In this document: one piece after another, positions 27,239 through 36,263 of the stretch
Numbering within the stretch: the stretch's first letter is position 1
Layout: every line of letters begins with the position of its first letter
Origin: a virus
IMG/VR virus record: IMGVR_UViG_3300045988_129445
Reading direction: 5' to 3' (one strand)
DNA: 64,000 bases
The notes under the pieces: generated by a model
The model's input: only the letters and a program-made list of their open reading frames with translations
Databases searched by the model: none
Told to the model about the DNA's origin: nothing
Program-made: the position numbers and the translations under genes

Positions 27239-27796
27239 ATGGACAATAACAAAATTTTAGTTGTTATTGATATGCAGAATGACTTTATTGATGGGAGTTT
27301 AGGAACGAAAGAGGCACAAGAAATCGTACCTAAAGTAGTTGAGAAAATTCGTAATTTTGATGAAGATGGAGATTTGTATGTAACGAAAGACACACATGAT
27401 GAAGATTATTTAGATACACAAGAGGGAATAAAACTACCAGTAAAACATTGTATTTTTCTTGAAGATGGATGGTATATCAATAAAGATATTTTGAAAGTTA
27501 TTGAAGAAAGAGGATTTGACAGTGTAAGAAGGTATTTTAATAAACCTACATTTGGTTCATTTAGATTAGCAGATCATTTTAGGAGAGAATACAAATATGC
27601 TTCAAATCTTGAAATTACATTAGTTGGATTATGTACCGATATTTGTGTTATTTCAAATGCGATGTTAATTAAATCGGTATTACCAGAGGCAAGAATTATT
27701 GTCGATGCATCTTGCTGTGCAGGTGTAACACCAGAGAGTCACAAGAACGCACTCGAAGCAATGAAGATGTGCCAGATTGAAGTAATCAATGAGTAA
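27239..27796 (+). CDS. isochorismatase-family cysteine hydrolase, nicotinamidase (PncA)-like (185 aa)
   Basis: N-terminal VVIDMQNDFIDGSLG (Asp of the D-K-C triad) and VGLCTDICVISNA (nucleophile Cys). Confidence 0.6.
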   Translation: MDNNKILVVIDMQNDFIDGSLGTKEAQEIVPKVVEKIRNFDEDGDLYVTKDTHDEDYLDTQEGIKLPVKHCIFLEDGWYINKDILKVIEERGFDSVRRYFNKPTFGSFRLADHFRREYKYASNLEITLVGLCTDICVISNAMLIKSVLPEARIIVDASCCAGVTPESHKNALEAMKMCQIEVINE

Positions 27797-27810
27797 AGGA
27801 GTGATGAAGG

Positions 27811-28647
27811 ATGATTAGCATTGGTGATGTACCAGTTGTTCCAGTTGTTTTCCCAGATGGAACACAGAAAATTGATTTACAGTTAGAGGCGATGTATCGA
27901 GAGATTACAGAAAATAAGACAGTATATATTACGTGGCTATACGAATCAGACAAAGAGCTGTTTTCGTTATATTGTATTTCTAAAAATATTAGAGAGCATT
28001 TTCCACAATTACAACAAGATTTAATGATGCCATACATACCAAATGCAAGATTTGATAGGGTAAAATATTCAAACGAATGCTTTACTTTAAAATATTTTGC
28101 AGAAATCATTAATAGTCTGGGATTTGTAAGAGTAATTGTAACTGATCCGCATTCCGATGTATCTACTGCATTGATTAATCATGTAGAAGTAATCCGTGGA
28201 GCATCATATATCACACAAACTTGTAGCAAAATCCTTAAAGCAGAGCCATCAAGAAATCTCGTAATTTATTTCCCAGACAGTGGATCACTAAAAAGATATT
28301 CTGAATTTGTATCAGATGATTATCCGATTGTCTATGGAATTAAAAATCGTGATTGGAAGACAGGAAAAATTCTTGGTATTGAGATTCATGGAGATACAGA
28401 GAAATTAGATGAGAATACAGCAATTTTAATGATTGATGATATTTGTAGTAAGGGTGGCACATTCTACTACGGATCAAAAGAATTAAACAAATACGGTTGT
28501 AAAGATATGTATTTGTACGTTACTCACTGTGAAAACACAATTCTTGATGGCGAATTACTAAAGGAAGATAGTTTGTTTAAAAAAGTATTTACAACACGTA
28601 GTATCTTTACGAAAGAACATGAGAAAGTTGAGGTGTTAGATTTATGA
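27811..28647 (+). CDS. ribose-phosphate pyrophosphokinase (Prs) family enzyme; candidate ADPR-pyrophosphate synthetase (Adps-type), 278 aa
   Basis: MPYIPNARFDR (Prs: IPYYGYARQDR), RVIVTDPHSD (Prs: RVIALDLHAPQ), AILMIDDICSKGGT (Prs PRPP loop: AILIDDIIDTAGT), YVTHC. Confidence 0.7.
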   Translation: MISIGDVPVVPVVFPDGTQKIDLQLEAMYREITENKTVYITWLYESDKELFSLYCISKNIREHFPQLQQDLMMPYIPNARFDRVKYSNECFTLKYFAEIINSLGFVRVIVTDPHSDVSTALINHVEVIRGASYITQTCSKILKAEPSRNLVIYFPDSGSLKRYSEFVSDDYPIVYGIKNRDWKTGKILGIEIHGDTEKLDENTAILMIDDICSKGGTFYYGSKELNKYGCKDMYLYVTHCENTILDGELLKEDSLFKKVFTTRSIFTKEHEKVEVLDL

Positions 28648-30113
28648 AACAGACAAATCCAATGTTATTAATTGATTTTTATAAAGCAGTTCATGCTGAA
28701 ATGTTACCAAAAGGTATTACAAAATCTGTTTCTTATTTTACTCCACGTATGAGCAGAGTAAAACGATGGAATGAAGTAGCCATGTTTGGATTACAAGGAT
28801 TCATTAAAGAGTATTTGGTCGATTATTTTAATGAGTATTTTTTCTTTGAATATAGAAACAAAGCAATTGGTACTTATAAGACAGTAATGGATGCAGCTCT
28901 TGGAGAAGGTACATATGGATTACAGAAAATCGAAGATTTATATGATCTTGGCTATCTTCCAATTGAGATTAAGGCTCTTCCTGAAGGAACTTTAGTACCA
29001 ATGCATGTGCCGATGTTTAGTATTGAGAATACACATAAAGATTTTGCATGGTTACCACAGGCATTAGAAAGCTTAATTTCCGCAGAAATGTGGCATCCGA
29101 TGATCGCCGCAACTGTTGGACATACATACAGACAGATTGTTAATAAGTTCTATGATATGACTTGTGATGACGATATTCCAAAATCTAAAGCATTAGGGGC
29201 TTTCGATTTTCGTGGCGAAGAATGTTTACAGTCTGCGGTTAAAGCAGGGGCAGGATGGTGTTTATCATTCTTAAATACTGCAACAGTTCCAACAATTCCG
29301 TATTTAGAGAGAAATTATAACTGTGATTGCACAAAAGAACCAGTTGCTTTTGGTAGTCCGTCTACTGAGCATTCGGTTATGTGTAGTAATTATGCGATTG
29401 ACGGAGATGAAGAGACTCTAATCAAAAGATTACTAACAGAGATTTACCCAAATACAAGTTTTTCTGCGGTATTGGACTCATATGATTATTGGAATGTCGT
29501 AGAAAATATTCTTCCAAAGCTTAAAAATGAGATTATGAATCACAACGGATGTCTTCTTATCAGAGGGGACTCAGGAGATTGTGTAGACGTAGTAACCAGA
29601 ACGGTATTTAAGTTATGGGAAGAGTTTGGGGGAACAACAAACAGTAAAGGTTATAAAGTTTTAAATCCTCATGTAAAAGCAATTTATGGAGATTCAATTA
29701 CAGTGCAGAGATGTGAGCAGATTTATGACATCTTAGAGAAAAATGGATTCGCAGCCAGCAATGTTGCACTTGGTGTTGGATCATTCTCATTTCAGTGTAT
29801 CGAAGAGGATGGAGTTTTGAAACCATTTACAAGAGATACATTTAGTAGTTGTATCAAAGCAACATATTGTGAGATTGATGGCAGACCATATCCAATTTTT
29901 AAGAATCCAAAAGATGGCGGATTTAAGAAATCTCAGAGAGGTTTATGTCATGTCTATAAAGGATCAGACAGCAAACTGACATTTAAAGATGGATATACTT
30001 CAGAAAATCTTCCAATGAATAATTTGCTCGAAACGGTATTCAGAGATGGCAAATTAGTAAAAGAACAGTCATTGCAGGAGATTAGAAGAGTGTTAAACGA
30101 AGGAGAATTTTAA
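28644..30113 (+). CDS. type-II phosphoribosyltransferase of the NAMPT/NadV family; candidate nicotinamide ADPR transferase (Namat-type) or NadV, 489 aa
   Basis: N-terminal NPMLLIDFYKAVHAEMLP matches NAMPT/PncB (DSYK/DAYK); size matches; start overlaps the Prs-like stop (ATGA). Confidence 0.65.
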   Translation: MKQTNPMLLIDFYKAVHAEMLPKGITKSVSYFTPRMSRVKRWNEVAMFGLQGFIKEYLVDYFNEYFFFEYRNKAIGTYKTVMDAALGEGTYGLQKIEDLYDLGYLPIEIKALPEGTLVPMHVPMFSIENTHKDFAWLPQALESLISAEMWHPMIAATVGHTYRQIVNKFYDMTCDDDIPKSKALGAFDFRGEECLQSAVKAGAGWCLSFLNTATVPTIPYLERNYNCDCTKEPVAFGSPSTEHSVMCSNYAIDGDEETLIKRLLTEIYPNTSFSAVLDSYDYWNVVENILPKLKNEIMNHNGCLLIRGDSGDCVDVVTRTVFKLWEEFGGTTNSKGYKVLNPHVKAIYGDSITVQRCEQIYDILEKNGFAASNVALGVGSFSFQCIEEDGVLKPFTRDTFSSCIKATYCEIDGRPYPIFKNPKDGGFKKSQRGLCHVYKGSDSKLTFKDGYTSENLPMNNLLETVFRDGKLVKEQSLQEIRRVLNEGEF

Positions 30114-30130
30114 GAGAGGAGATATAAAAC

Positions 30131-30901
30131 ATGAGTTTTAATGCAGCAGAAACCAAAGACAGATTAGTGCAGTGGATCAGAGATTGGTTTGAAATTAATG
30201 GTAAAGGATGTAATGCCGTTGTAGGAATTTCAGGCGGTAAAGATTCGTCAGTGGTTGCAGCCTTATGCGTAGAAGCACTTGGCAAGAATCGAGTAATTGG
30301 AGTTATGATGCCACAGGGTGTGCAGTCAGATATTGAGTATGCTCAGATGCTATGTGATCATCTAGGAATTGAACATTACACAGTTAATATTTTTAATGCT
30401 TGCAGAGATATTAAACATGAAATCAGAGATGAATTAGGTGGTAAATGGAGTAAACAAAGTGCCACAAATTTACCTGCTCGTATCCGTATGGCTACATTAT
30501 ATGCTTTTGCACAGAGTATGAATGGAAGGGTAAGTTGTAATTGCAATTTATCCGAAGATTGGGTTGGATATGCGACTTATGGCGGAGATGGATTTGGATC
30601 ATTTGCTCCACTTGCCGATCTGACTGTGACAGAAGTTAAAGCAATTGGTAAAGTTCTGGGACTTCCAACAGAGTTAATCGAAAAAATTCCTACTGATGGG
30701 TTATGTGGTAAGACAGATGAAGATAATCTTGGATTTACATACGAAGTGTTGGATGAATATATCAGAACAGGTGAATGCAAGGATAAAGCAGTGAGACAGA
30801 TCATTGATGAAATGCATGAGAAGAATGTATTTAAACTTGCTCCAATGCCTAAATTTATATCTGGCATGTGGATCGAGGCAGGAATGGAGTTGGATGATTA
30901 A
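30131..30901 (+). CDS. nadE: NH3-dependent NAD+ synthetase (256 aa)
   Basis: PP-loop VVGISGGKDSSVVAAL and overall NadE-like length and composition. Confidence 0.8.
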   Translation: MSFNAAETKDRLVQWIRDWFEINGKGCNAVVGISGGKDSSVVAALCVEALGKNRVIGVMMPQGVQSDIEYAQMLCDHLGIEHYTVNIFNACRDIKHEIRDELGGKWSKQSATNLPARIRMATLYAFAQSMNGRVSCNCNLSEDWVGYATYGGDGFGSFAPLADLTVTEVKAIGKVLGLPTELIEKIPTDGLCGKTDEDNLGFTYEVLDEYIRTGECKDKAVRQIIDEMHEKNVFKLAPMPKFISGMWIEAGMELDD

Positions 30902-30903
30902 AT

Positions 30904-31236
30904 ATGGAAGTTAAAGCAAAATGGACAGGTCGTGGTTTTGCACTCTGTATTGGAGAATGGAAGCTTTATGTTGATGGCAAAGATGTTACCGATAAGATTC
31001 CAGAAGACTTACGCACAGAACCTATGAATACATATAAAAGATATGAGCGATGGTATTTCAAGGGTTGGGTTGAAGAATGGGAATCATATTATGATGGACT
31101 GAAGCAAGATGAATGGATTGAGTCTAATAAGTATTGGTTAGATGAAATTACAACAGATATTGATGTTCAGCGCCAGATCTTCAAAGCAATCAATGAAGAG
31201 GATTTTCGCACTAATTCTTGTGGCGGATGTATTTAA
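30904..31236 (+). CDS. hypothetical protein (110 aa)
   Basis: ORF immediately after nadE (TAAATATG). Confidence 0.5.
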   Translation: MEVKAKWTGRGFALCIGEWKLYVDGKDVTDKIPEDLRTEPMNTYKRYERWYFKGWVEEWESYYDGLKQDEWIESNKYWLDEITTDIDVQRQIFKAINEEDFRTNSCGGCI

Positions 31237-31301
31237 TAACAAGATTATGACATCTATATATGGTGTTGTGATAAATAAATTTTATAACAAAGGAGATATT
31301 T

Positions 31302-32729
31302 ATGATTGAAGTAATTGGAACAGTGGTACCAGTGGTTATTGCGGTAGGTGGCGTAGGAGCTATTATCGGTAGCGGTTATGTCAAAGCAAGTCCAGATAAA
31401 GCTTATATTATTTCTGGACTTAGAAAGACACCTAAGACATTAATTGGTAAGGCGGGGTTAAAAATCCCATTCTTTGAAAAAGCAGATCATCTTAATCTTG
31501 AGTTAATTCCAATTGATGTTAAGACATCAAGTTCTGTGCCTACAGCAGATTATATCAATATCAATGTAGATGCAGCGGTCAATGTAAAGGTTAGCAGTAA
31601 TCCAGAAAGATTAAAACTTGCAGCAGAAAACTTCTTAAATAAGCCAGTAGGCGATATTGGACAGGTCGCAAGAGAAGTCCTTGAAGGTAATATGCGAGAG
31701 ATTGTTGGAAAGATGAGTCTCGAAGAAATGGTTTCTGATCGTCAGAAATTTGCACAGCTTGTTACAGAAAATGCGAAGCCAGATCTTGCTGCAATGGGAT
31801 TAGATATTATCAGTTTTAATGTTCAGAATTTTATGGATGATAATGATGTTATTGAAAATCTTGGTGTAGATAATGTTGTTAAAATCAAGAAGAAGGCTGC
31901 GATTTCCAGAGCTGAAAGCGAAAGAGATATTGAAAAAGCAAAAGCAATGGCTGAAAAAGAAGCAAACGATGCAAAGGTAGAGTCAGCAACAGCGATTGCA
32001 GAAAAGAATAACAATCTGGAGATTAAAAAATCTGAGCTTGAAAAGATTTCAAAAGCAAAGAAAGCCGAGGCAGATGCAGCATACAAGATCCAGGAAGAAA
32101 AATCACGTAAAGAAATTGAAGTTGTAACTGCGGATGCTAATATTATGCGTCAGGAAAAGGAAATTGAACTGAAACGCAAAGACGTTGAGGTAACAGAGCA
32201 GACATTAGATGCACAGATCAAGAAGCAGGCAGAGGCTGAAAGATATGCTTCACAGCAGAAAGCAGATGCAGACTTATACAAGAAACAGAAAGAATCTGAA
32301 GCTAACAAATATGCTATGGAGCAGGAAGCTGAAGGTATTCGTGCAAAGGGTGTAGCAGAAGCCGAAGCAATCAAAGCCAAAGGTATTGCTGAAGCAGAAG
32401 CAATCGAAAAGAAAGCAGAAGCTATGAAACAGATGGGCAAAGCATCTATTGTAGAAATGATGTGTCAGATGTTCCCAGAAGCAGTTAAAAATGCAGCCGC
32501 ACCATTAGGAAATGTAGGAAGTATCACTATGTATGGAGAAGGAAACACAACAAAATTAACAAAAGATATTATGAATGTTGTGAATCAGGTATCAGATGGT
32601 GTTAAAGGATCTACAGGTGTTGATCTTGCAAAGATGTTAAAAGATTTTGTTTCTGAAGATAACGAAGTAGAATCTACAGATAATGTTGGTCAGCCAGAAG
32701 TATATTCAGACGATTATCGTGAGTTCTAA
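31302..32729 (+). CDS. flotillin-like SPFH/band-7 protein with N-terminal membrane anchor and Glu/Ala-rich repeat region (475 aa)
   Basis: N-terminal hydrophobic MIEVIGTVVPVVIAVGGVGAIIG; SPFH core (PDKAYIISGL...IPIDVKT...VDAAVNVKV); long KAxAxAEAEAI-type flotillin repeats. Confidence 0.75.
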   Translation: MIEVIGTVVPVVIAVGGVGAIIGSGYVKASPDKAYIISGLRKTPKTLIGKAGLKIPFFEKADHLNLELIPIDVKTSSSVPTADYININVDAAVNVKVSSNPERLKLAAENFLNKPVGDIGQVAREVLEGNMREIVGKMSLEEMVSDRQKFAQLVTENAKPDLAAMGLDIISFNVQNFMDDNDVIENLGVDNVVKIKKKAAISRAESERDIEKAKAMAEKEANDAKVESATAIAEKNNNLEIKKSELEKISKAKKAEADAAYKIQEEKSRKEIEVVTADANIMRQEKEIELKRKDVEVTEQTLDAQIKKQAEAERYASQQKADADLYKKQKESEANKYAMEQEAEGIRAKGVAEAEAIKAKGIAEAEAIEKKAEAMKQMGKASIVEMMCQMFPEAVKNAAAPLGNVGSITMYGEGNTTKLTKDIMNVVNQVSDGVKGSTGVDLAKMLKDFVSEDNEVESTDNVGQPEVYSDDYREF

Positions 32730-32743
32730 TAGGAGAAATTATT

Positions 32744-33478
32744 ATGACAATTATTATTATTTGTGTAATTATAGCGATTATCGCATATTTGCAATTTACT
32801 AAAAATGGAAAACAGATTAAAAATGTGGCATCTGGAACAGTCACAGAGAAAATCAAAGAAAATGCAATGACTCCAGAGGGAGCAAGAGCCAGATATAATA
32901 CTGCAATTAAAGACAAGCAGGACTTCTACCAGAAAACAATGGGTACATACACAATGGTAGCTGGTCGATTGGCAACAATGGAAGATGACCTCAAAGAAAC
33001 AAAAGAAGAAATTTCTAAAACCGAGGTAATGATCAACCAGTATCTTGATAATAATGATGATAAAAAAGCAATGTATTATGCTCAAAAATTAGCCACGTTA
33101 AAGGCACAGAAATCAGTGTACGAAAAGAAGATCCCAGAGTTACAAGCAACAAAAGATAAGCAAGAAGAAATTAAAAACCAAGCATATGATCAGCTTATTA
33201 AACTAAAAGGCGAAAAAGACACTGTAGTTCTCCAGATGGAGGCAGATCAGCAGATTGCAGAATTGCAGAAAAATTTAGATCAATACAATAGTTCAAATGC
33301 TGCTCAGGAAGGTTTGGAAGAGGTTCGAGAAGGAGCAAAGAAACTTAGCGAACAAGCCAAAGGCGTTGCTATTGCGTATGAATCTAGTGCAGAAACATTG
33401 GATTATCATATGGAGCAAGAAGAGCGACAGCAAGAAGCTAAAGCCATATTAGATCAGATGAAAAATGCTCGCAAATAA
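32744..33478 (+). CDS. membrane-anchored coiled-coil protein (244 aa); possibly PspA/IM30-like
   Basis: N-terminal transmembrane helix MTIIIICVIIAIIAYL, then extended heptad-rich coiled coil; the specific family is not established. Confidence 0.5.
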   Translation: MTIIIICVIIAIIAYLQFTKNGKQIKNVASGTVTEKIKENAMTPEGARARYNTAIKDKQDFYQKTMGTYTMVAGRLATMEDDLKETKEEISKTEVMINQYLDNNDDKKAMYYAQKLATLKAQKSVYEKKIPELQATKDKQEEIKNQAYDQLIKLKGEKDTVVLQMEADQQIAELQKNLDQYNSSNAAQEGLEEVREGAKKLSEQAKGVAIAYESSAETLDYHMEQEERQQEAKAILDQMKNARK

Positions 33479-33608
33479 CGGATAAATTCATCTACAAAAA
33501 TTAATTTCACAAACATAAAACTGGCATTTTATGACTCTATAAAACACAATATATAGTGATTATCCAATTATTGAACCACTATATATAGTTGTATAAAGTG
33601 CCAGTCAT

Positions 33609-33746
33609 GGAAACATAGCTCAGTTGGTAGAGCAGGCAATACATAAACATTCATTTTTCTACCTCCATATAAGTATTTTTATTTATTTACATTTAATTTT
33701 CATCACATATAAATTGCCGACACAGGTTCGATTCCTGTTGTTTCCA
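33609..33746 (+). tRNA. tRNA-like gene interrupted in the anticodon loop by about 67 nt (5' half 33609-33639, insert 33640-33713, 3' half 33714-33746)
   Basis: GGAAACA-TA-GCTC-AGTTGGTA-GAGC-A-GGCAA ... TTGCC-GAC-ACAGG-TTCGATT-CCTGT-TGTTTCC-A; acceptor, D and T arms all pair canonically; the anticodon stem GGCAA/TTGCC is separated by 74 nt. Confidence 0.4.
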
Positions 33747-33786
33747 CTAAAAAAGACCTCAACCTAAATGGTTAAAGTCTTTTTGG

Positions 33787-33990
33787 TTAATCGTTTGGTA
33801 TGACCTCGATAACATCTTCAACTTTGCAATCAAGATATAAGCAAATTTTGTCAATGTTTTCGAGACTGATATACTGATTCTTTGCCATCTTGGCAATTGT
33901 ACCAGACCCCATATTTAAAGCGGTTCGTAAATCAGATTTTGTCATACCCTTTTTCGCTAAAGTTACGAAAAGCGGTTTATAACTTATCAT
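33787..33990 (-). CDS. XRE-family HTH transcriptional regulator (Cro/CI-like), 67 aa; the only convincing minus-strand gene
   Basis: MISYKPLFVTLAKKGMTKSDLRTALNMGSGTIAKMAKNQYISLENIDKICLYLDCKVEDVIE is a classic HTH_3; GGAGGTATATCAT then ATG on the minus strand; the track ORF 33787..34053 extends upstream of this start. Confidence 0.75.
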   Translation of the reverse strand: MISYKPLFVTLAKKGMTKSDLRTALNMGSGTIAKMAKNQYISLENIDKICLYLDCKVEDVIEVIPND

Positions 33991-34071
33991 ATGATATACC
34001 TCCACATCTATATTGTAACATATTATATACAGGATGTAAAATAAAATATTCAAGAAGTTGAAGATTTTGTA

Positions 34072-34100
34072 TTGACACTATGTGCAAGAAGTGGTATATT
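34072..34100 (+). promoter_or_regulatory. rightward promoter (-35 TTGACA, 17-nt spacer, -10 TATATT) divergent from the XRE gene; spacer shares GTGCAAGAAGTGG with the 19540 and 62646 promoters
   Basis: TTGACActatgtgcaagaagtggTATATT. Confidence 0.5.
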
Positions 34101-34156
34101 ATATTCAACAAATGAAAGGTAAACTTCAAGAAAATGAAATATGAAGGAGTGAGAAA

Positions 34157-34564
34157 ATGTCAAATAAAATTTATAGATATTATCAACCAAACGATAAAGA
34201 TACAAAAGACAATCATTCAGATTGCGTGATCAGAGCATTAACAAAAGTGCTTGATAAAGAATGGTTAACAACATTTGATGATTTGTTACCATACGCAAGG
34301 GATATGCAGTGTATGCCATCAGAGCGAAAATGTTACGAAGAATATTTATTCGATAATGGGTTTGCTTATCAAGGTATTAGCAACCGAAAAGGATCTAAAC
34401 GACCAACAGTTGAAAGTTTTGCAAAAGATCATAAACAAGGCAATTACTTGGTAAATGTTGCGAATCATGTAGTTGCAATTTCAGACGGTTGTTATTACGA
34501 CACATGGGATTCTGGAGATTGTTGCTTGTATGGATATTACTATAAGGAAGAAGGAGAGAAATAA
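34157..34564 (+). CDS. hypothetical protein (135 aa), possible papain-like Cys/His hydrolase
   Basis: AAGGAGTGAGAAAATG context; candidate catalytic Cys in SDCVIRAL and His in NHVVAISDG; weak call. Confidence 0.4.
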   Translation: MSNKIYRYYQPNDKDTKDNHSDCVIRALTKVLDKEWLTTFDDLLPYARDMQCMPSERKCYEEYLFDNGFAYQGISNRKGSKRPTVESFAKDHKQGNYLVNVANHVVAISDGCYYDTWDSGDCCLYGYYYKEEGEK

Positions 34565-34852
34565 ATGAGAAAGAAAATTTTGGCAACGGTTCTAGGAACA
34601 ACGATTTGCTTAGGATCAATGACAGGATGTACCGCAGGATTCAAAAGAGGAGTTGTTGATATGAAAAGCAATTGGAATGGTGGTATGAATAGAGTCATTA
34701 CAGTATACACGGCAGACGGTAAGAAGATTGCTGAATATAAAGGAAAAATTGATATTGATACAAATGATGGTGGATATGTCAAGTTTGACTACAAAGGTAA
34801 GAGATATATTTATTATAACTGTTTTGTAGAGAGTATCGCAGATATTGATTAG
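34565..34852 (+). CDS. lipoprotein (95 aa)
   Basis: MRKKILATVLGTTICLGSMTGC signal peptide with lipobox. Confidence 0.6.
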   Translation: MRKKILATVLGTTICLGSMTGCTAGFKRGVVDMKSNWNGGMNRVITVYTADGKKIAEYKGKIDIDTNDGGYVKFDYKGKRYIYYNCFVESIADID

Positions 34853-34867
34853 AGAGGAGAGAAACAA

Positions 34868-35260
34868 ATGAATTTAGAAGAAACTATCAAATGCGCAAAT
34901 GATATGGCAACAAAGAAATACACAGAAGCCATGTTGTGTCATGCGAATCCAGACGATGAAGAACTTGATGGATTGATTGACTGTGCCTTAAATCATGAGC
35001 AACTTGCGAAGTGGCTGGGAGAATTGAAAGAGTTAAAAGAATATAAAGAAAAGTATAGATGGCATGACTTAAGAAAGAATCCTGATGATCTGCCAGAAGA
35101 TATTAAGTACGTTTGGGTTTTTATAAAAGGTGAATGCACTCATAGGTCATGGCACGATTCTCATGGATGGAGAAGGCGTAACAGTAACATTTTATACTAT
35201 AACGACGAAAGTGTTTTGGCGTGGAGAGAGATTGAAGAGTTTAAAAGTGAGGGGAAATAA
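34868..35260 (+). CDS. hypothetical protein (130 aa)
   Basis: GAGGAGAGAAACAAATG context. Confidence 0.5.
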   Translation: MNLEETIKCANDMATKKYTEAMLCHANPDDEELDGLIDCALNHEQLAKWLGELKELKEYKEKYRWHDLRKNPDDLPEDIKYVWVFIKGECTHRSWHDSHGWRRRNSNILYYNDESVLAWREIEEFKSEGK

Positions 35261-35803
35261 ATGAGTACAACAAAAACAATTGATATTTCAGTGCTGCCAG
35301 AGGCAGAACAGGATCTAATAAAAGCATTATTTGATAAATGCTGCGAAAGAGTAAAACCGAAAGTGGTTGAAGTAAAGCGTAAAGTTTGGAAGCCTAAAAT
35401 TGGTGAACATTATTGGTATCTATCTGGCGATGGTAATATTGGTACTATTACATGGTGTGGTTCTAAACTAGATGCAGATAGATACAAATTAGGAAATTGC
35501 TTCAGAACTGAAGAAGAGGCAAAGTTTGCAAGAGAGAAGAAAAAAGTAGAAGTAGAATTAGAAAGATATGGTAAAGAACATAATAATCCTGCTAAAGAGG
35601 AATGGGATGGAATCAACACACATTATCGAATTGGATATGATTTAGCTGATGATGATTTAGTGACAACGTCTGCTATAACAATTAGACGTATAGGAGATAT
35701 ATATTTTACATCCAAAGAAGTTGCAAAGGATGCCGCCAACAAAATCGGTACAAAACGTATCATAAAATATCTATTTGATGTTGATTGTGAGGTGGATGAA
35801 TAA
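35261..35803 (+). CDS. hypothetical protein (180 aa)
   Basis: Start overlaps the upstream stop (TAAATG). Confidence 0.5.
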   Translation: MSTTKTIDISVLPEAEQDLIKALFDKCCERVKPKVVEVKRKVWKPKIGEHYWYLSGDGNIGTITWCGSKLDADRYKLGNCFRTEEEAKFAREKKKVEVELERYGKEHNNPAKEEWDGINTHYRIGYDLADDDLVTTSAITIRRIGDIYFTSKEVAKDAANKIGTKRIIKYLFDVDCEVDE

Positions 35804-36261
35804 TGCTGATATTGATACTTATAATCGCCATAATTTGCTCGATAATTTGCTATTGTCATGCACAAAAGACAGGTAACTCCGATCTTGATGTTCTTGGTGT
35901 CGTATTGATTTTGATTAACTTTCTTGTCATTACAGTTTTATGTTTACTACTGAATAACTTGTATGAAAATCAAGGCGTCAATCAGAAAATCAAAATGTAC
36001 GAAACACAAAATCGGCAACTTGAAAGAAAAATTGATGTTGCAGTTAAGAGTTACATGAATCATGAAAAGGATACATACAAAGAATTTAAAGCTGGTGATG
36101 GAATGGCATTGATTACAACATATCCTGAATTAAGAAGCAATGAACTTGTTAAAGAACAGATGAATACATACCAAAGCAATAATCGTAAGATTGCAAAATT
36201 AAAAGAAAAAGAAATTGATTGCAATGTTACCAAGTGGTGGATTTATTTTGGAGGAGAATAA
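35803..36261 (+). CDS. membrane protein (152 aa)
   Basis: Two N-terminal transmembrane helices (LILILIIAIICSIICYC; VLGVVLILINFLVITVLCLLL). Confidence 0.5.
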   Translation: MLILILIIAIICSIICYCHAQKTGNSDLDVLGVVLILINFLVITVLCLLLNNLYENQGVNQKIKMYETQNRQLERKIDVAVKSYMNHEKDTYKEFKAGDGMALITTYPELRSNELVKEQMNTYQSNNRKIAKLKEKEIDCNVTKWWIYFGGE

Positions 36262-36263
36262 TT

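Noticed and set aside
32744-33478. Calling the post-flotillin gene NfeD (the usual flotillin operon partner)
   Set aside because: NfeD genes precede flotillin and carry an OB-fold C-domain. This protein follows flotillin and is one transmembrane helix plus a long coiled coil, so it is reported only as a coiled-coil membrane protein.
33640-33713. Group I self-splicing intron in the tRNA-like gene
   Set aside because: The insert is about 67-74 nt and AT-rich. This is far shorter than any known group I intron (roughly 200 nt or more), and no P-element pairings were recognised. It is kept as an unexplained insert.
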